Of a stretch of DNA of 64,000 nt, positions 14,701 through 33,465 are shown in pieces. The notes under the pieces were generated by a model that saw only the letters and a program-made list of their open reading frames with translations, was not told the origin of the DNA and made no database searches. How positions within the stretch are numbered: the first letter of the stretch is position 1; each line of letters begins with the position of its first letter. The stretch covers positions 140,080 through 204,079 of the forward strand of contig NMRA01000280.1 in assembly GCA_002633005.1 (NCBI GenBank). Reading direction: 5' to 3'. This DNA comes from Phoronis australis (lineage: Eukaryota > Animalia > Phoronida). The translations under genes were made by a program, and so were the position numbers.

Positions 14701-17615
14701 TAAACACTGCTTATAAAATTAGCAACATTTTTGTTCAGTTTTGGGAAAGGTTACTGAAAAAGTGCACCTTTTGTACACTGGTGAAAATGGCATTAATTGC
14801 AAGTGGTTCTTTTTTTACTTACGGAACTTTGATATGTCGTTCTTCAGCATCTTGTAGCATGCGTATTGGGCTTAATGGCTCGTAGCAGTGTGCACTAGGA
14901 TCCAGGAAATTACTTGAAAATTGTTTGATAATATTTCCTGTTTGTGGTGGTTTGCTATGCCCAAAAGATTGCTTGTTTAAAGTCTTAATTGAACAGTTAG
15001 TGACTTCTGTCCCTAATCATGGGTGCGTTCAAATTCTCCCTTGCTCTGTTATGTCATAGAAAGATCTCCCTCCACCCAGACCTTTTTAACTCTTTGAAAT
15101 GCAAAGACCACCTGACTGCTCAAGTTTTGCAAGGTATTGAAACGATCACTCGGATTCAGTGGCAGTGGCCTTCATTTACTCACAAGTAACCAAGGTTTAT
15201 CAGAAATTGGGGCGTGTTCCATATTGCTAGACAATGAAGACACTTGCGGCTAGAAATCTTGGCTTGCAGATCTGAAATAGTTCCAGTGTTAACTTACAGA
15301 TGTCTCCTACAATTCATGATTCCAACCTTGCATTTTGTTAGTGTTCTCCAGTAAGATCATGTTGCCTAGTTGTGAATGTGTGATGGAGACTTATTCCTTT
15401 TTAACGATTGGCTTTCAGAGAGATGAGTCACCGATGATGGTTTCGTACAAGGGAGAGCTGAGCATTGCCTTGAAATACGTCCCTCCAGATAGTGTGTCCC
15501 AGCTGCCCCTGAAGAGGACGCTGCGCAGGAGGAAGGGTGATGATCCTCCCCCTAACATGGGCGAGTTACATGTGCTGATTAAGAATGCGAAGGACCTGAC
15601 TGCCAACAAATCCAACGACACATCAGATCCTTTCTGTAAAGGGTGAGAATAATGTTGTTTGGTTTGATCCAGCAATTTGTGTTATTCACAGTTTAACATG
15701 ATTATTTTTGCATATGATTTTATTGAGTGCCCTTAGCGGTTGTATAGTCAAGAAGATATTAAAAACCCTTTCTGGGTTCACTGCAGTTCATTTAAAAGCC
15801 TGGATACCAAACCTAGTTTTGCCCTACTAACAGGATACTAACTGAAACAAAATAGTGCTCTGAAACCCTTGACAACCCTCAAAACTTTAAAGAGAAAAAT
15901 TTGAGAACTCCTTTCAAAGTCTGCTAAATGGGCTAGGGTAACCTATGCTCTTAGCAAATTACACGGCAGTTGTGGGAAAAGACCGCCCACCAAGGAAAAT
16001 AATGTCCAATCCGTGACATGGGGAGGATGAGTTTTTAGTTGATTCCTGCTTTTAACTTGGAAGGTTGATGACCAACGCTGCATTAACAGGTGACAGAATG
16101 AGGATTGGTTGAAATCATCAAAACAGGGTTTAGTATGGAAACACCTGGACTGGATGATGAATATTTTGTGTTTAGAAAAACCTGTTGTGAAAAATCTTAA
16201 AATATGTTTAACTTAATAACTTGTTCTTGTATCAGCTCTTCAATTTGTTATTTTATGTTAGAGTTTTATGTTGACCTTCTTTCTATTTGTTTATTTGAAA
16301 ACAAAAAGTACACAATAAAGAAGAGAATAAAAATTTAAATACTTCTCGTAATTTACTTGACCATTCAGTTTAATTTATTTTCACGATGATGAAAGACAAG
16401 TTTGATATTCAATCACAGTGATCCCTCATTCATTCTGTCTCTAGGTACCTTCTACCTGACAAGAGCTCAACAGGAAAGCAGAAGACAGCCGTCTGTCGAA
16501 AGACGTGCAACCCAGAGTGGCTGCACACATTCATCTACGGTGGCGTCACCTCTACTGAACTTCAGGAGTGTTGTCTGGAACTGACCATCTGGGACCATGA
16601 GAGGGTGTCCACCAATGACTTTCTGGGAGGACTGCGACTCAGCCTTGGACTAGGTATGTGCCTCACAAAACAGTCATACTGGAAATGTTTGACATTTGTG
16701 GATTTGCAGACCTGTGTTTGTTATGCTAATTTATTATTTAGGTTTGATTTAAAGTGGTTAGAAACCTGTGTTTTGTTAAAAGAAACTAACTTATGAGGCC
16801 ACTTAGTGCTATCAAACTGATCTCAACTTGTTCCTAACTCAGATACGATGTGGTTTCTGGGCTTGGAAAAATGGAAATTGTCATTAAGCTAGACCATGCT
16901 TGGTATACATAAAATAACCCACAATGACCTACCAATTTGTAGAGCTTTTTATCAAGCAATGACAAACTGTCAGTTCTTTATAAGCTGAGAAATTTACTTT
17001 AATTTGACCGAGGAATAACTAGAAACCACTTTCATAATGGTAAGTAGTCTAAACTGAAACATAGTTTTGTGATGAAAGACTGGTTGACAGCGGCTTAAAT
17101 TTACATTAGATTCATTTTGTACCACCAAGTTTTCACTCAGCCCGATTGTTTTGTCAGAAGTTGTTTTTTAAATGCCTTCTTTGAGTCAGTCATGAAAGAT
17201 AACCTTTAATGATGTTAGCTTGTAAGTGACATGTTTATAGAGAGTCATTGTGAGCTTTGGAGTATTCACATGCACTTTGAACTTTGAACTTGTTTTATTT
17301 CACATTTATTGTTCTCCCTTAAGGTTCTTGAGACATGGTACATTTTGTATAAATGCACAACTCTTGGAAGATCAACGATGTTCAATGGTTAGTTGGCTTT
17401 TTGCTAATGATGTTGTATGTAAGTCGAATGTTGTGTGTGTGTTGTTTGGTCTCAGTTCATTATGTATTTTGTTTACAGGTAAAAGTTACGGCCGTGAAGT
17501 GGAGTGGATGGACTCACTGGGTGATGAAGTGATAATGTGGCAGAGCATGCTGCAGAAGCCCAACTCATGGATTGAAGGGACACTGGCCTTGAGACCGACC
17601 ATGGATTATAGATGA
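1947..17615 (+). CDS. SYTL4: Synaptotagmin-like protein (SYTL4/5, granuphilin/bitesize type), 5'-partial; exons 1947-3515, 5224-5283, 8235-8326, 9024-9158, 9675-9856, 10349-10451, 11137-11298, 15419-15642, 16445-16653, 17479-17615
   Basis: Phase-consistent GT-AG exon chain. It encodes C2A ([15 protein letters not shown]...[21 protein letters not shown]...LSVWH...RNDFLGEV) and C2B ([11 protein letters not shown]...SDPFCKGYLLPDKS...[16 protein letters not shown]), then the Slp-typical tail [32 protein letters not shown]. The N-terminal Rab-binding domain lies upstream of the window. SYTL4 versus SYTL5 cannot be resolved. The first three exons are less certain. Confidence 0.88.
3555..3628. repeat. 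39-bp tandem duplication (2 copies)
   Basis: gctRcaggtattgaatggtttctggctaattgcaa occurs twice. Confidence 0.9.
4880..5031. mobile_element. Short palindromic MITE-like hairpin (~150 bp)
   Basis: cc...cataaaattggtc...cttaccctgataggattc...gttaccaa is the reverse complement of ttggtaac...gaatcctatcatggtaag...gaccaatttcatg...gg. Confidence 0.7.
5224..5283 (+). CDS. SYTL small exon (60 nt, phase 1-1; [19 protein letters not shown])
   Basis: ttgttcttttgctaatcag acceptor, a|gtaggt donor, open and in phase; no homology support. Confidence 0.5.
5310..5386. mobile_element. Mini Tc1/mariner-type MITE remnant
   Basis: Imperfect inverted ends agggtgtttcaaaaa...gatc / gatc...tttttgattcaccctg, with TA at the left flank. 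Confidence 0.45.
5560..6285 (+). mobile_element. Helentron/DINE-1-like non-autonomous element (degenerate)
   Basis: Begins ttt-gatgtgcccacatat..atgtg, then a catccatcc/gcgtcc motif and internal ~150-bp periodic units; similar to the element at 63365. Boundaries approximate. Confidence 0.5.
6325..6532. repeat. 23-24 bp minisatellite, ~9 copies
   Basis: Unit aaaattttcacctagctgtgctt. Confidence 0.95.
8235..8326 (+). CDS. SYTL exon ([30 protein letters not shown])
   Basis: tag acceptor (alternative in-frame cag ending at 8240) and CAG|gtaaaa donor; bridges phase 1 to phase 0 as the chain requires. Confidence 0.65.
9024..9158 (+). CDS. SYTL exon (SIISSELS...[25 protein letters not shown])
   Basis: ttgctttcag acceptor, ACG|gtatgt donor, 45 codons, phase 0-0. 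Confidence 0.8.
9675..9856 (+). CDS. SYTL exon, start of C2A
   Basis: tttttcag / CC|gtgagt; encodes [38 protein letters not shown]. Confidence 0.93.
10349..10451 (+). CDS. SYTL exon, C2A
   Basis: ttttgcag / AGG|gtaagt; [34 protein letters not shown]. Confidence 0.94.
11137..11298 (+). CDS. SYTL exon, end of C2A
   Basis: tttcag / AGG|gtgagt; [19 protein letters not shown]...WYPLVGR. Confidence 0.94.
11696..11772. repeat. (GCGT)n/(GT)n microsatellite
   Basis: Read directly from the sequence. Confidence 0.97.
12291..12550. mobile_element. MITE-like element with imperfect terminal inverted repeats
   Basis: agggggcagtcaccaaaattttggg at the left end versus cccaagttggttgtgactgcctcct at the right end. 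Confidence 0.5.
14517..14790. mobile_element. MITE-like element with inverted ends
   Basis: ccattttcatgagtgtacaaaa versus ttttgtacactggtgaaaatgg. Confidence 0.5.
15419..15642 (+). CDS. SYTL exon, start of C2B
   Basis: ctttcag / GG|gtgaga; [11 protein letters not shown]...[13 protein letters not shown]...SDPFCK. Confidence 0.93.
16445..16653 (+). CDS. SYTL exon, C2B
   Basis: tctctag / G|gtatgt; [29 protein letters not shown]...[12 protein letters not shown]. Confidence 0.94.
17479..17615 (+). CDS. SYTL last coding exon
   Basis: gtttacag acceptor; [12 protein letters not shown]...RPTMDYR then TGA. Confidence 0.94.
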
Positions 17616-17858
17616 GTTGAGCATGCATCCAGAGTTAGGGGCCAACTGTCATATTCTGAATTATTCCTTGGATTGAGGGTCAAAGCTTCTGAGATCAACC
17701 ATGGATTGTAGAGCTGACGGAGTGTCCACATTCAGGGCCAAATGTTATGTTCACATGAATTATTTCTTCGATTGAGCGGACACTGGCCGCGAGACCATCC
17801 GTGGATTATAGATGACCTGAGAAATTATCCACAGTCAGGGACCAACTGTTATAATCGC
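17568..17858 (+). repeat. ~100-bp degenerate tandem triplication spanning the SYTL stop codon
   Basis: Units start at 17568, 17669 and 17768: (t/c)ggattgaRgggacactggcc..gagacc..ccatggattatagatga...cagggccaactgt. Confidence 0.85.
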
Positions 17859-20576
17859 AAGCTGTATACTCGAGAACAGTCATGAATTACCCGCAACATC
17901 TAAAGTCAGGTATCAACAGCTGTTTTAAGGTGGAGTTGTCCTGAGGCTAACCAATTATTCATGAAGAAATAATTATGATCTGTGGCCAGCTGACATGTTG
18001 ACATGAGGTTGATTTTGTGTGAGCTGATGAAATAACCCGAGTAAGATGCCAGCTGGCGTATAAACCAGGGAAAGCCTTCGGGTTTGTCGTGGGTTGTAGG
18101 TAGCTGATGTGTCATCTTAGGTTTGGGGACAGTCGTTCAAATGTTTAAAATGAGATGAAAATCAGATGAGAGTCCTTATGACCACCATGTGCCATATTTG
18201 GGCATGTAACCACATCGTCACCATTCTGAGTCCTCACATGTAGTATTGCATTTTACAACCATGAATTAATTTTTCTAAAAAAGTGAGGAAATGGAAGGTG
18301 ATAGATTTTATTTCTAAGGTTATTAGTGTTACAGACCCACGTGTGGTGTGGTATTGCTGGCCAGAAACTCTAGTATGGTTGGTTTCTCTGCACTGTGCAT
18401 CAAAACGTAGTGTTAAAGAGGCTATAAATCAACCTTCATCACGTCGAAAGAATTCTTGATCAGGACCAGTAATCACATTTGGGTATTGTTCCTCATTCAA
18501 ATTGAATGTGATTGCGGAGCTTCAAAAGAAATGATAGTTGGTTATTGTTTGAGACAAGTTGACTTGTCGTGGCATGTCATTTTATTTGCCAAGAATGGTC
18601 TCTGGCAATGACTTAGTGTCCGTTCTTTGCAAGACCAAAAATCACTTCTCGTCTGATTCAGGAAAAAGTATAGAACAATTTATTGGAAGTCCAAATCAAA
18701 AGTAAGCTTGTTGATGGAACACAGGTTTATTGTTGCTTTAAGTGTTCAAACTAGACACCAGATTACGTTTGAGCAGCAATTCAGGCCGGCCTTGTTAGTA
18801 TAAATTGGGTGTTCATGGGCACTTTGAAGGTTGTGCGTGAACTCTAAACTGTTGTGTTACTTCAAATTTGTCTTGATGGAACATTTCCAGTCATTGTCTT
18901 TAATAACGAAGCACTGGCACATTTCCGTAGGCTGATCACCATGTGATATGCGGTGTAAGTTCATTTTATACTCACTAAGTTCATCATTTATATCAATTAT
19001 GTATTTTATTGCTTCCAGTCACAGTCAAATGATTGGTGATCAGTTGCCATTGTCATTTTTATTGCATAGCATTGACTGTAATTTATCTTTGGTGCTGGCG
19101 CATAACGTGTAGATATTACCTATTTTATTAACCAAGTTCTGAGACATGAAACAATGGCCTTAAATATTTTAACCCTCATTATGTATTACTGTATATGTGC
19201 GGTTTTAGGCACATGTGTCTACAGCATGTTTTTTCAGCATTTTTGCTCAAGCTTGCTTCACTTCAAAGGCATAGCTGGCCATGCCTTTAACTGGTTTTTA
19301 TGTGTCTGTGATCCATCTTGGCACTTTTCATTTAAAGGAATAGGACATCAACATTGTACACACCATTTTGTAGTCAAGCTTCACCCAGGTGTTATTTTAA
19401 AATTTTGTCCATTTTTTGCTTAAATGTTTTGCTTATGAGCACATGTGTCGGACTTAGGAGACACTGCTTCAAATAGAGGCACGTGAGCCTAAATACACGC
19501 ATGTACAGTATGTATCGTATTGTAACCACTGTGGAAATCTGTATGTTCTTTGCACTGTTATTTTTACAACAGAATCTAGGTTGCAAGGATGTGCAGCAGT
19601 TGCATTTTGTCAATTCTTTGAAAAGTGTAAGTGTTCTTGCAGGTTTTTTAGAATTTGCTACCACCATAGGACGCTTTTTACATCCAATTTAATCTTCACA
19701 ATTAGTTGGTATTTTGAATTATGGGACTAATCTGACCATTCCTTTACCAACTTCTATAAGCTGTACTGATTGTTCCTCTGCCCCTGGTGGCAATTTTATT
19801 TTGTCTGCTTCTTCACCTATGACTTCTTTTATAGGTAGATCTTCATGACATTCAGCCGATATTTTCTTATTGGATCTGACTGCACCTGCCCGTGGTTTCA
19901 ACTATTGTGGTACCCTTTTGTGGCAATTTACGTTGCTCGGTAGTTATTTTGATTTTTGTACTCGTCCGGGTTAGTGTTCAATACGGTTAAATTGGGGAGT
20001 GGGGAGGTAAACGAGTTACTACCATTTTGGCGAACTACAGGATTCACAAAATACATAGGCACTTTCAAGGATACCATAAACTGGGGACGAAAAAAACTTC
20101 ATTGGGTGGGTGTTGAGCTGAACATGGGCAATAATCCGGACGATTATGGTATTTCAGTGCTCTGTTGTATAAAATGTATCTAGTGTGCTATGCCAGTAGT
20201 CTGCAGTTTGTGATGCACTATTACTAGTTTCCAGAAAACCTGCCTTTGGCAAACATCCCTGTGTGAAATGTATTCATCTTGGTTAATGATTTTGGCGCAG
20301 CATAATACAGCCACAGGATTTCTAAATCCTGTCTATAATCAAAAGTTCTTACTACACAATTCTAAGTACATGCATATTTTCTGACATTCTCATAGTTAAA
20401 GAACATAGTGAATTGTACATGCTTTTGTTTACTTTCACCTGTCTTACAAAGGGATGGTTTTATAAAAATATTAATCAAACTTATTCTTACGTTTCTGTTT
20501 ATATGTATGTTATGTAGGTGATGCATGTTGGTTATTTTGGGTAGTATTTCTGTTTTAATATTTTACGTTATTGACA

Positions 20577-20608
20577 TTTATTAATAAAAATTATTAACTT
20601 AACCAACT
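20577..20608. terminator. Candidate poly(A) signals of the convergent SYTL (+) and PRMT3 (-) genes
   Basis: Palindrome TTTATTAATAAA at 20577-20588 plus a second TTTATT at 20603-20608; T-rich/A-rich strand bias appears to switch here. Confidence 0.5.
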
Positions 20609-21111
20609 CTTCTTTATTTATGTTGAGCCTTCTGAGAGAACTAATCTGTCCATAAACCACATACTTGTCATTAGCCTCTTCCTAAAATTCAAAATAATCT
20701 CTTTTCAAAAATCACACTGCAACAGAAAACTCAGAATTTTTGTTGTTATTTTTGCAAAATGTTTTTGCTTTATGTCTAGAATACATGGAAAAGATATAGT
20801 AATGTTCCATTTACTTTCCAAAGACGCCAAAATTGCTACTTGACAGTTTTTCAAACTTTAAGGCAGATTACTTTACTGAAAATAGTTGAAACTTTATCAA
20901 GATTGTTTTGTGACCACTACACAGGCTTAAATATTTTTTCAAGCTTAAAAGTTCTTTTCCCTCACCACACTGTGCTAAATAAGTGAAGATTTACTGAATC
21001 CTAATGATTAAAGAAATTTAGACTGAATCACTTGATAAAAACAATTAGCCACGCATGACACACTTGAAAATGGTTGCTACCTAAGTGAACAGTGCCATCT
21101 TTGAAACCGTC

Positions 21112-21215
21112 GTTTTGGTTCATGTTTTAGGGAGGAAGCCCATGTTTTGGTCCAAGTTTTAGGGAGGAAGCCCATCTTTTGGTCCAAGTTTTAGGAAAGA
21201 AGCTTTTGTTTTGGT
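21112..21215. repeat. ~32-bp tandem repeat, 3 copies
   Basis: gttttggtccaagttttagggaggaagcccat units. Confidence 0.85.
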
Positions 21216-21359
21216 TTGTCAACATGTCAAGTTAGGGTTTCTAATCACGACAAAATCGTGGATCAAATGGAGTTTCCACAATAATTTAACCTTGTATCCT
21301 TAATATAGCTAAATATTCTTGAAATTCCAAGAAAAATGACTCACCTAAGACAAATCTTA

Positions 21360-22396
21360 ATACGAGAGCGCTCGGAGGAGCGACACTTGGCGGAATTAAT
21401 CGAAAAGACGACGATGGGGAGGACGACGACAATCATGACGATCAAAGCAGCAATTATGAATAACACGATAACATTTATGTGACTAGCAAAGAAATCAAAT
21501 AGAGAGCATACAATCAACTACAATAAAGAATGAAAACCAGCCAGCTGCATGCTTGCATAGGTGACCGAAGGAACAACAGTATCCGAAAATCTCGAATAAT
21601 TCAAAAAGTAGACATCATAGTGCAAAATGTAAAATATCTTCTGAAAACCCGTTCAAAACTCTATCTAAAGTGGTAGTTTGGCAAAAATCAAAAAAATTTT
21701 CGAAAAAAATTAAAATTTGCCGTTTTTTTTGAAATTCAAAGTCAAACAACTCGAAAACGGTAAGTCCGAGAAATACGCTCTCGCAGACTTTTTGAAAGGC
21801 CATACTTCAAGGAATCCACATGCAAAAATTCACGTCATTTGCTCTTCCCGTTAAAAATGCGACACCAGAACGATTGAAACCGTGTGAACATGCGCCACAG
21901 CCGCCATCTTGAAAGTGACTTCCGGTTCAACAATTTTTTATAAAAGCTTATTAAACTCAACAAACACGTGACCAGTTTGAAAGTGATTGGTTTGCAAATG
22001 CGCACTCTACAGGAGAAAACGTTTTTGGCCATATTTCGGGGTGCGCATGCGCCACTTCCAATATTTCCGCCATCTTTGACCGGAAGTCAACGATTTTCTG
22101 CACACTTGTAGCACATGCATTCTAGTATAATCGTACTGATTTTCAGCCATGTACATCGAAAAATGCGGCCTCTACGAGTATTTGACTGTGAAATCGGATA
22201 CAAAATGGCCGCCACGTCTGCCATTTTGTATTCGATCAAAACCAAAAAAATAGGCTTCCAGGACTTTCCAATCTACACGTCGTGTGCAAATTTCGTGAAA
22301 ATCGGACGAAAATTGCGACCTGTAGAGTGCGAACAAACAAAAAAAAACTTTCTGTCAGACCAACATACTTGGCGGAAGAATTCCGCCAAGTAAAAA
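21360..22396 (-). mobile_element. Helentron-associated non-autonomous element (HINE/DINE-1-like)
   Basis: Subterminal repeat ACTTGGCGGAA at 21385-21395, palindrome ACTTGGCGGAA-gaa-TTCCGCCAAGT at 22367-22391 and terminal hairpin CGCTC-ggag-GAGCG at 21369-21382. No target duplication; A/T-run flanks. Confidence 0.75.
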
Positions 22397-23275
22397 CCTA
22401 AATTTGCCTCAAGTTTGTGACAAGAAAGATACAGTCACATTCTTGACTAACTTACTGGATGTGGAACTTTCAAAGTTTAGAAATTCAGACAAATCTTACA
22501 CTTAAATCAAAATGAACTTAAGTCAGTTTCTTAGAATGGGTCAATGTACTGGTGCAGAACAAGTACCGGATACTGGAAACTCGCGAAAACGTAGTCTTCA
22601 TAAGTCGTCGCCATGCATAAGAAGTGAAGCAAGTGATGACATTAGCTGGGGAGTGTCTAGCGTCTACAGAGTACAGTTTTGTACAGTATGCAGATGATTG
22701 TGTATTAAAAGCTGACTGTGATGAATCTCCTTGCACATCCTTCTCATCAGATATTCTTTTCAGTGAAAGCATGAATATGAGCCCCAAACATATCAATGGA
22801 AACACATGGATATAACTGTATGGCCATGCATTTACCAACTCTCTATGAGTTTTACGAAGTTACAGTACAGATGTGGTGAAAATGCAGATGAGACATCTGA
22901 TCAGACGGCAGATCAGCCATCTCTAATATCATTAGCACAGCATTAAAGTGTAAAATGTTAATATTCTGGCCAATCATCTGCCATCACCAAGTCTCACCAC
23001 AATTTACACGGACTCACAGTAAGAAGGCAGATTTCCGTTCTGACTTAAGGGTGGACAATCAGAACACAACCATTAACATGTGAAAATTCTTTTAGACAGC
23101 ATTTAATACATCCAATCTGCTTCCTGATCACATGACATGCGAATGTGGTATTAGATAAAACCAAGAGTTTGATTGCCCTTTTCCATAAAACAAATCTTCC
23201 AAAAGTTTCAACTCTGGACTTGCTGTTATCTAAACTTTACCCACATTTTGACAACAGGAGATTAAATTAACGCCT

Positions 23276-31173
<7,898 letters not shown>

Positions 31174-31480
31174 GACTCAGTCAAGATTGGTGAAGTTCAA
31201 AAGACCTGAAAACTGATAAATTATCAAGTGCAAATTATTATACAGACTTATATGCAACTGCTCTGATAAGTTAGTTGCAGTGACTTTTGAGAACTTCGTT
31301 CTTTAGTTGCTACGTGCATGAACACAAGTTGAAATAAGCTGACCAGTACTAAAACAAAGGTTCAAATGGTGCTCAGCACTGACACTTTTTAAGAGGTTTT
31401 AAATGTGACCCGACTTATTTAGTCTAGTATCATGAAATTGGTCTCAAAATGTTCCTTAGATTGAGTCAACGTAGGAGAGA

Positions 31481-31760
31481 AAGCAGAGTGGCCTAGTGTG
31501 ATAGGTGCCCCCGCCTTCTTTACTTGAGGTCGTAGGTTTGAGTCCCACTGGGTCACATTGCTAGACCCTTGAGTCCGGTTTCTAGCTCCTTAGCTTTGTT
31601 TTAACTGTAAATCACAAAAAATAGTTCCAGGTGATCATAGCCAATGACCTGCATCAGCAGAGACGATGGTCATTGTCTGGTGATCAGTGCAATGGGCCCA
31701 CATGCGCGGCCCACGCACGTTTGATACAACATGTACCAGACTGCCTGCAATTATTTTTTC
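31481..31760 (+). mobile_element. tRNA-derived SINE
   Basis: A box tggcctagtgtgatagg and B box ggtttgagtccc; the body ...ccaggtgatca...catgtaccagac..gcaattattttt is shared with 50888-51100. Confidence 0.7.
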
Positions 31761-32399
31761 TAGTCAGTATAAGTGTGATTTCTGGGTGGATGCAGAGAGA
31801 TGCCACTAGAGGCACCTGCAGTCAGCGACGTCAGACTCGTCTGAAAGTCATGACTCATGTTAACGTCAGCTGTGAAGCAGGAAAACTAGTTATTTCCATA
31901 ATGTTCCTTGCAGTGACTTGCCAGATATAGAAGCGAACGGCAAAAGAGCACATACGTAAATAATGAAAATGGCCACTAGAAGGAGCAGAAAAGGTCGAAT
32001 CTATGCGATAAAAGTTGTCATCTTCTTGACAGCTCACTGCATATTCGCCAAATGTGAAAGTTTGTCAAGAAACTAAAATTGCCACTGAAGAAGATACAAA
32101 GTCATGGCACACATCTTACTACGAACATACCACAGCTAACACTCTATGAGGTACACAGGCAGCGTAGAACAGATGAATTTGGAAACACTGAAGATAAACA
32201 ATCGAGTAATCGGTAAAAGCTGCCAAGTACTCAGAAGAAGAACACGTTTTTACACATCTGTCACAGCGCTACCTGTTGGGTGTACTGATAACAACAATAA
32301 TTTTTAATTGATAAACAATGTAATTAATTAAATCATTTTTTGTTCTTTTATAGTTTTTATGATGTACGTTTACAATTAAATAAACACGTGATTATTTGT

Positions 32400-32620
32400 T
32401 TTCCAAGTTTTTAGCATAACTCTCCCACGTTTTAACGAATATACAAGACAACTTATTAGTGTGTAGTTTACCAAAAATGGCCAGCGGATGTTGTTCTGAT
32501 TAAATTTCTCCTGAAATATCTTTAAACTAGTTAATTGAAGGCTTACGTGAAGCAAAATGTACCGTCGAAATTAAGATTGTTGTAATCCGAAGGTAAGAGT
32601 TCATAGTTATCTTTGATTTG
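32400..32620. promoter_or_regulatory. Candidate bidirectional promoter / non-coding first exons of PRMT3 (-) and VEPH1 (+)
   Basis: Both genes have an acceptor just upstream of the ATG, so each needs an upstream exon. Divergent donors: minus G|gtaaac at 32472/32471 and plus AAG|gtaaga at 32592/32593. Inferred, no transcript data. Confidence 0.4.
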
Positions 32621-32849
32621 GATGGAAGTTGCAGACAATTGACCGTGGCTTGATGTAAAGTTTTCCCTTCTCAGAAAGTTTCTGCAGGCTAAGCAAGGGT
32701 TGTGTTGCTCTGCGCTACTTTCGGGCGTGACAGTCTATTAAGGCCTGTCCAAGCCACTAGATTTAACCTAATGGTTTGAACACCGGTTCAAATCTCGGTG
32801 TTGGTGGATTTTTCTTAGGAGCTTCACCAGAAAAACACTCAATGGACTA

Positions 32850-33465
32850 CACATAGTGTACCTAATTATCGGACGAACCCGAAATATCGGACAGTACATA
32901 AAATCTTACTTGAAGCATAATCTGAGAAATATATGACGCAAATTTTTGTTCCGCTGTAATGCATTCAATGTCCGGCACTGTCTCATTTTTTTCTAGAATT
33001 GCCTCGTGTGTCATGTCAAGAAGGCAAAGAGATCTTCAATGAGTTTGCACGCACCTTAGTCGTCTGCACTGATTCATCGAAACGACTTGGTGCTGTCATC
33101 AGACTTCATGTTATGGATAATTTTGTTGCGAATGGAGCTGTGTTTTAGCAGCAGATGTCAAAACACTCGAGCTGAAATTTGACTACAAGGTGCCCGCGGC
33201 CATTACTTGGTTAGTCAGTTTTCCGCAGTGTGGCGTATAGGGAAACATGGTGTCCGATATTTAGGTTCTCCGAAGGTTTGCTAGTTGTGTTTTTTAAAGA
33301 TCAGTCGGAACATAAATGTGGCTTTCTGTGACAAGATATAGTAACACAACAATTCTATAAAGGTAAGCCGTTATTTCAGCAAAGAATTTACAACAATCCG
33401 TAGTATTTTCAATTAAATTTAATGCAAAATGTGCCAAAACGTCCGATAATTAGGTCACTTGACTG
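32850..33465. mobile_element. Tc1/mariner-type non-autonomous element (~615 bp)
   Basis: Inverted ends agtgtacctaattatcggacg / cgtccgataattaggtcacttgactg flanked by TA; internal aaatatcggaca / tgtccgatattt pair. Confidence 0.7.

Noticed and set aside
22624-22815. ORF containing QYADDCVL, resembling the reverse-transcriptase YADD motif
   Set aside because: No flanking RT motifs (for example QG..LSP.LF upstream) and the frame is short; most likely chance.
31481-31560. Possible tRNA gene
   Set aside because: A/B-box-like motifs are present but there is no complete cloverleaf, and the downstream body is shared with another copy, so it is a SINE.
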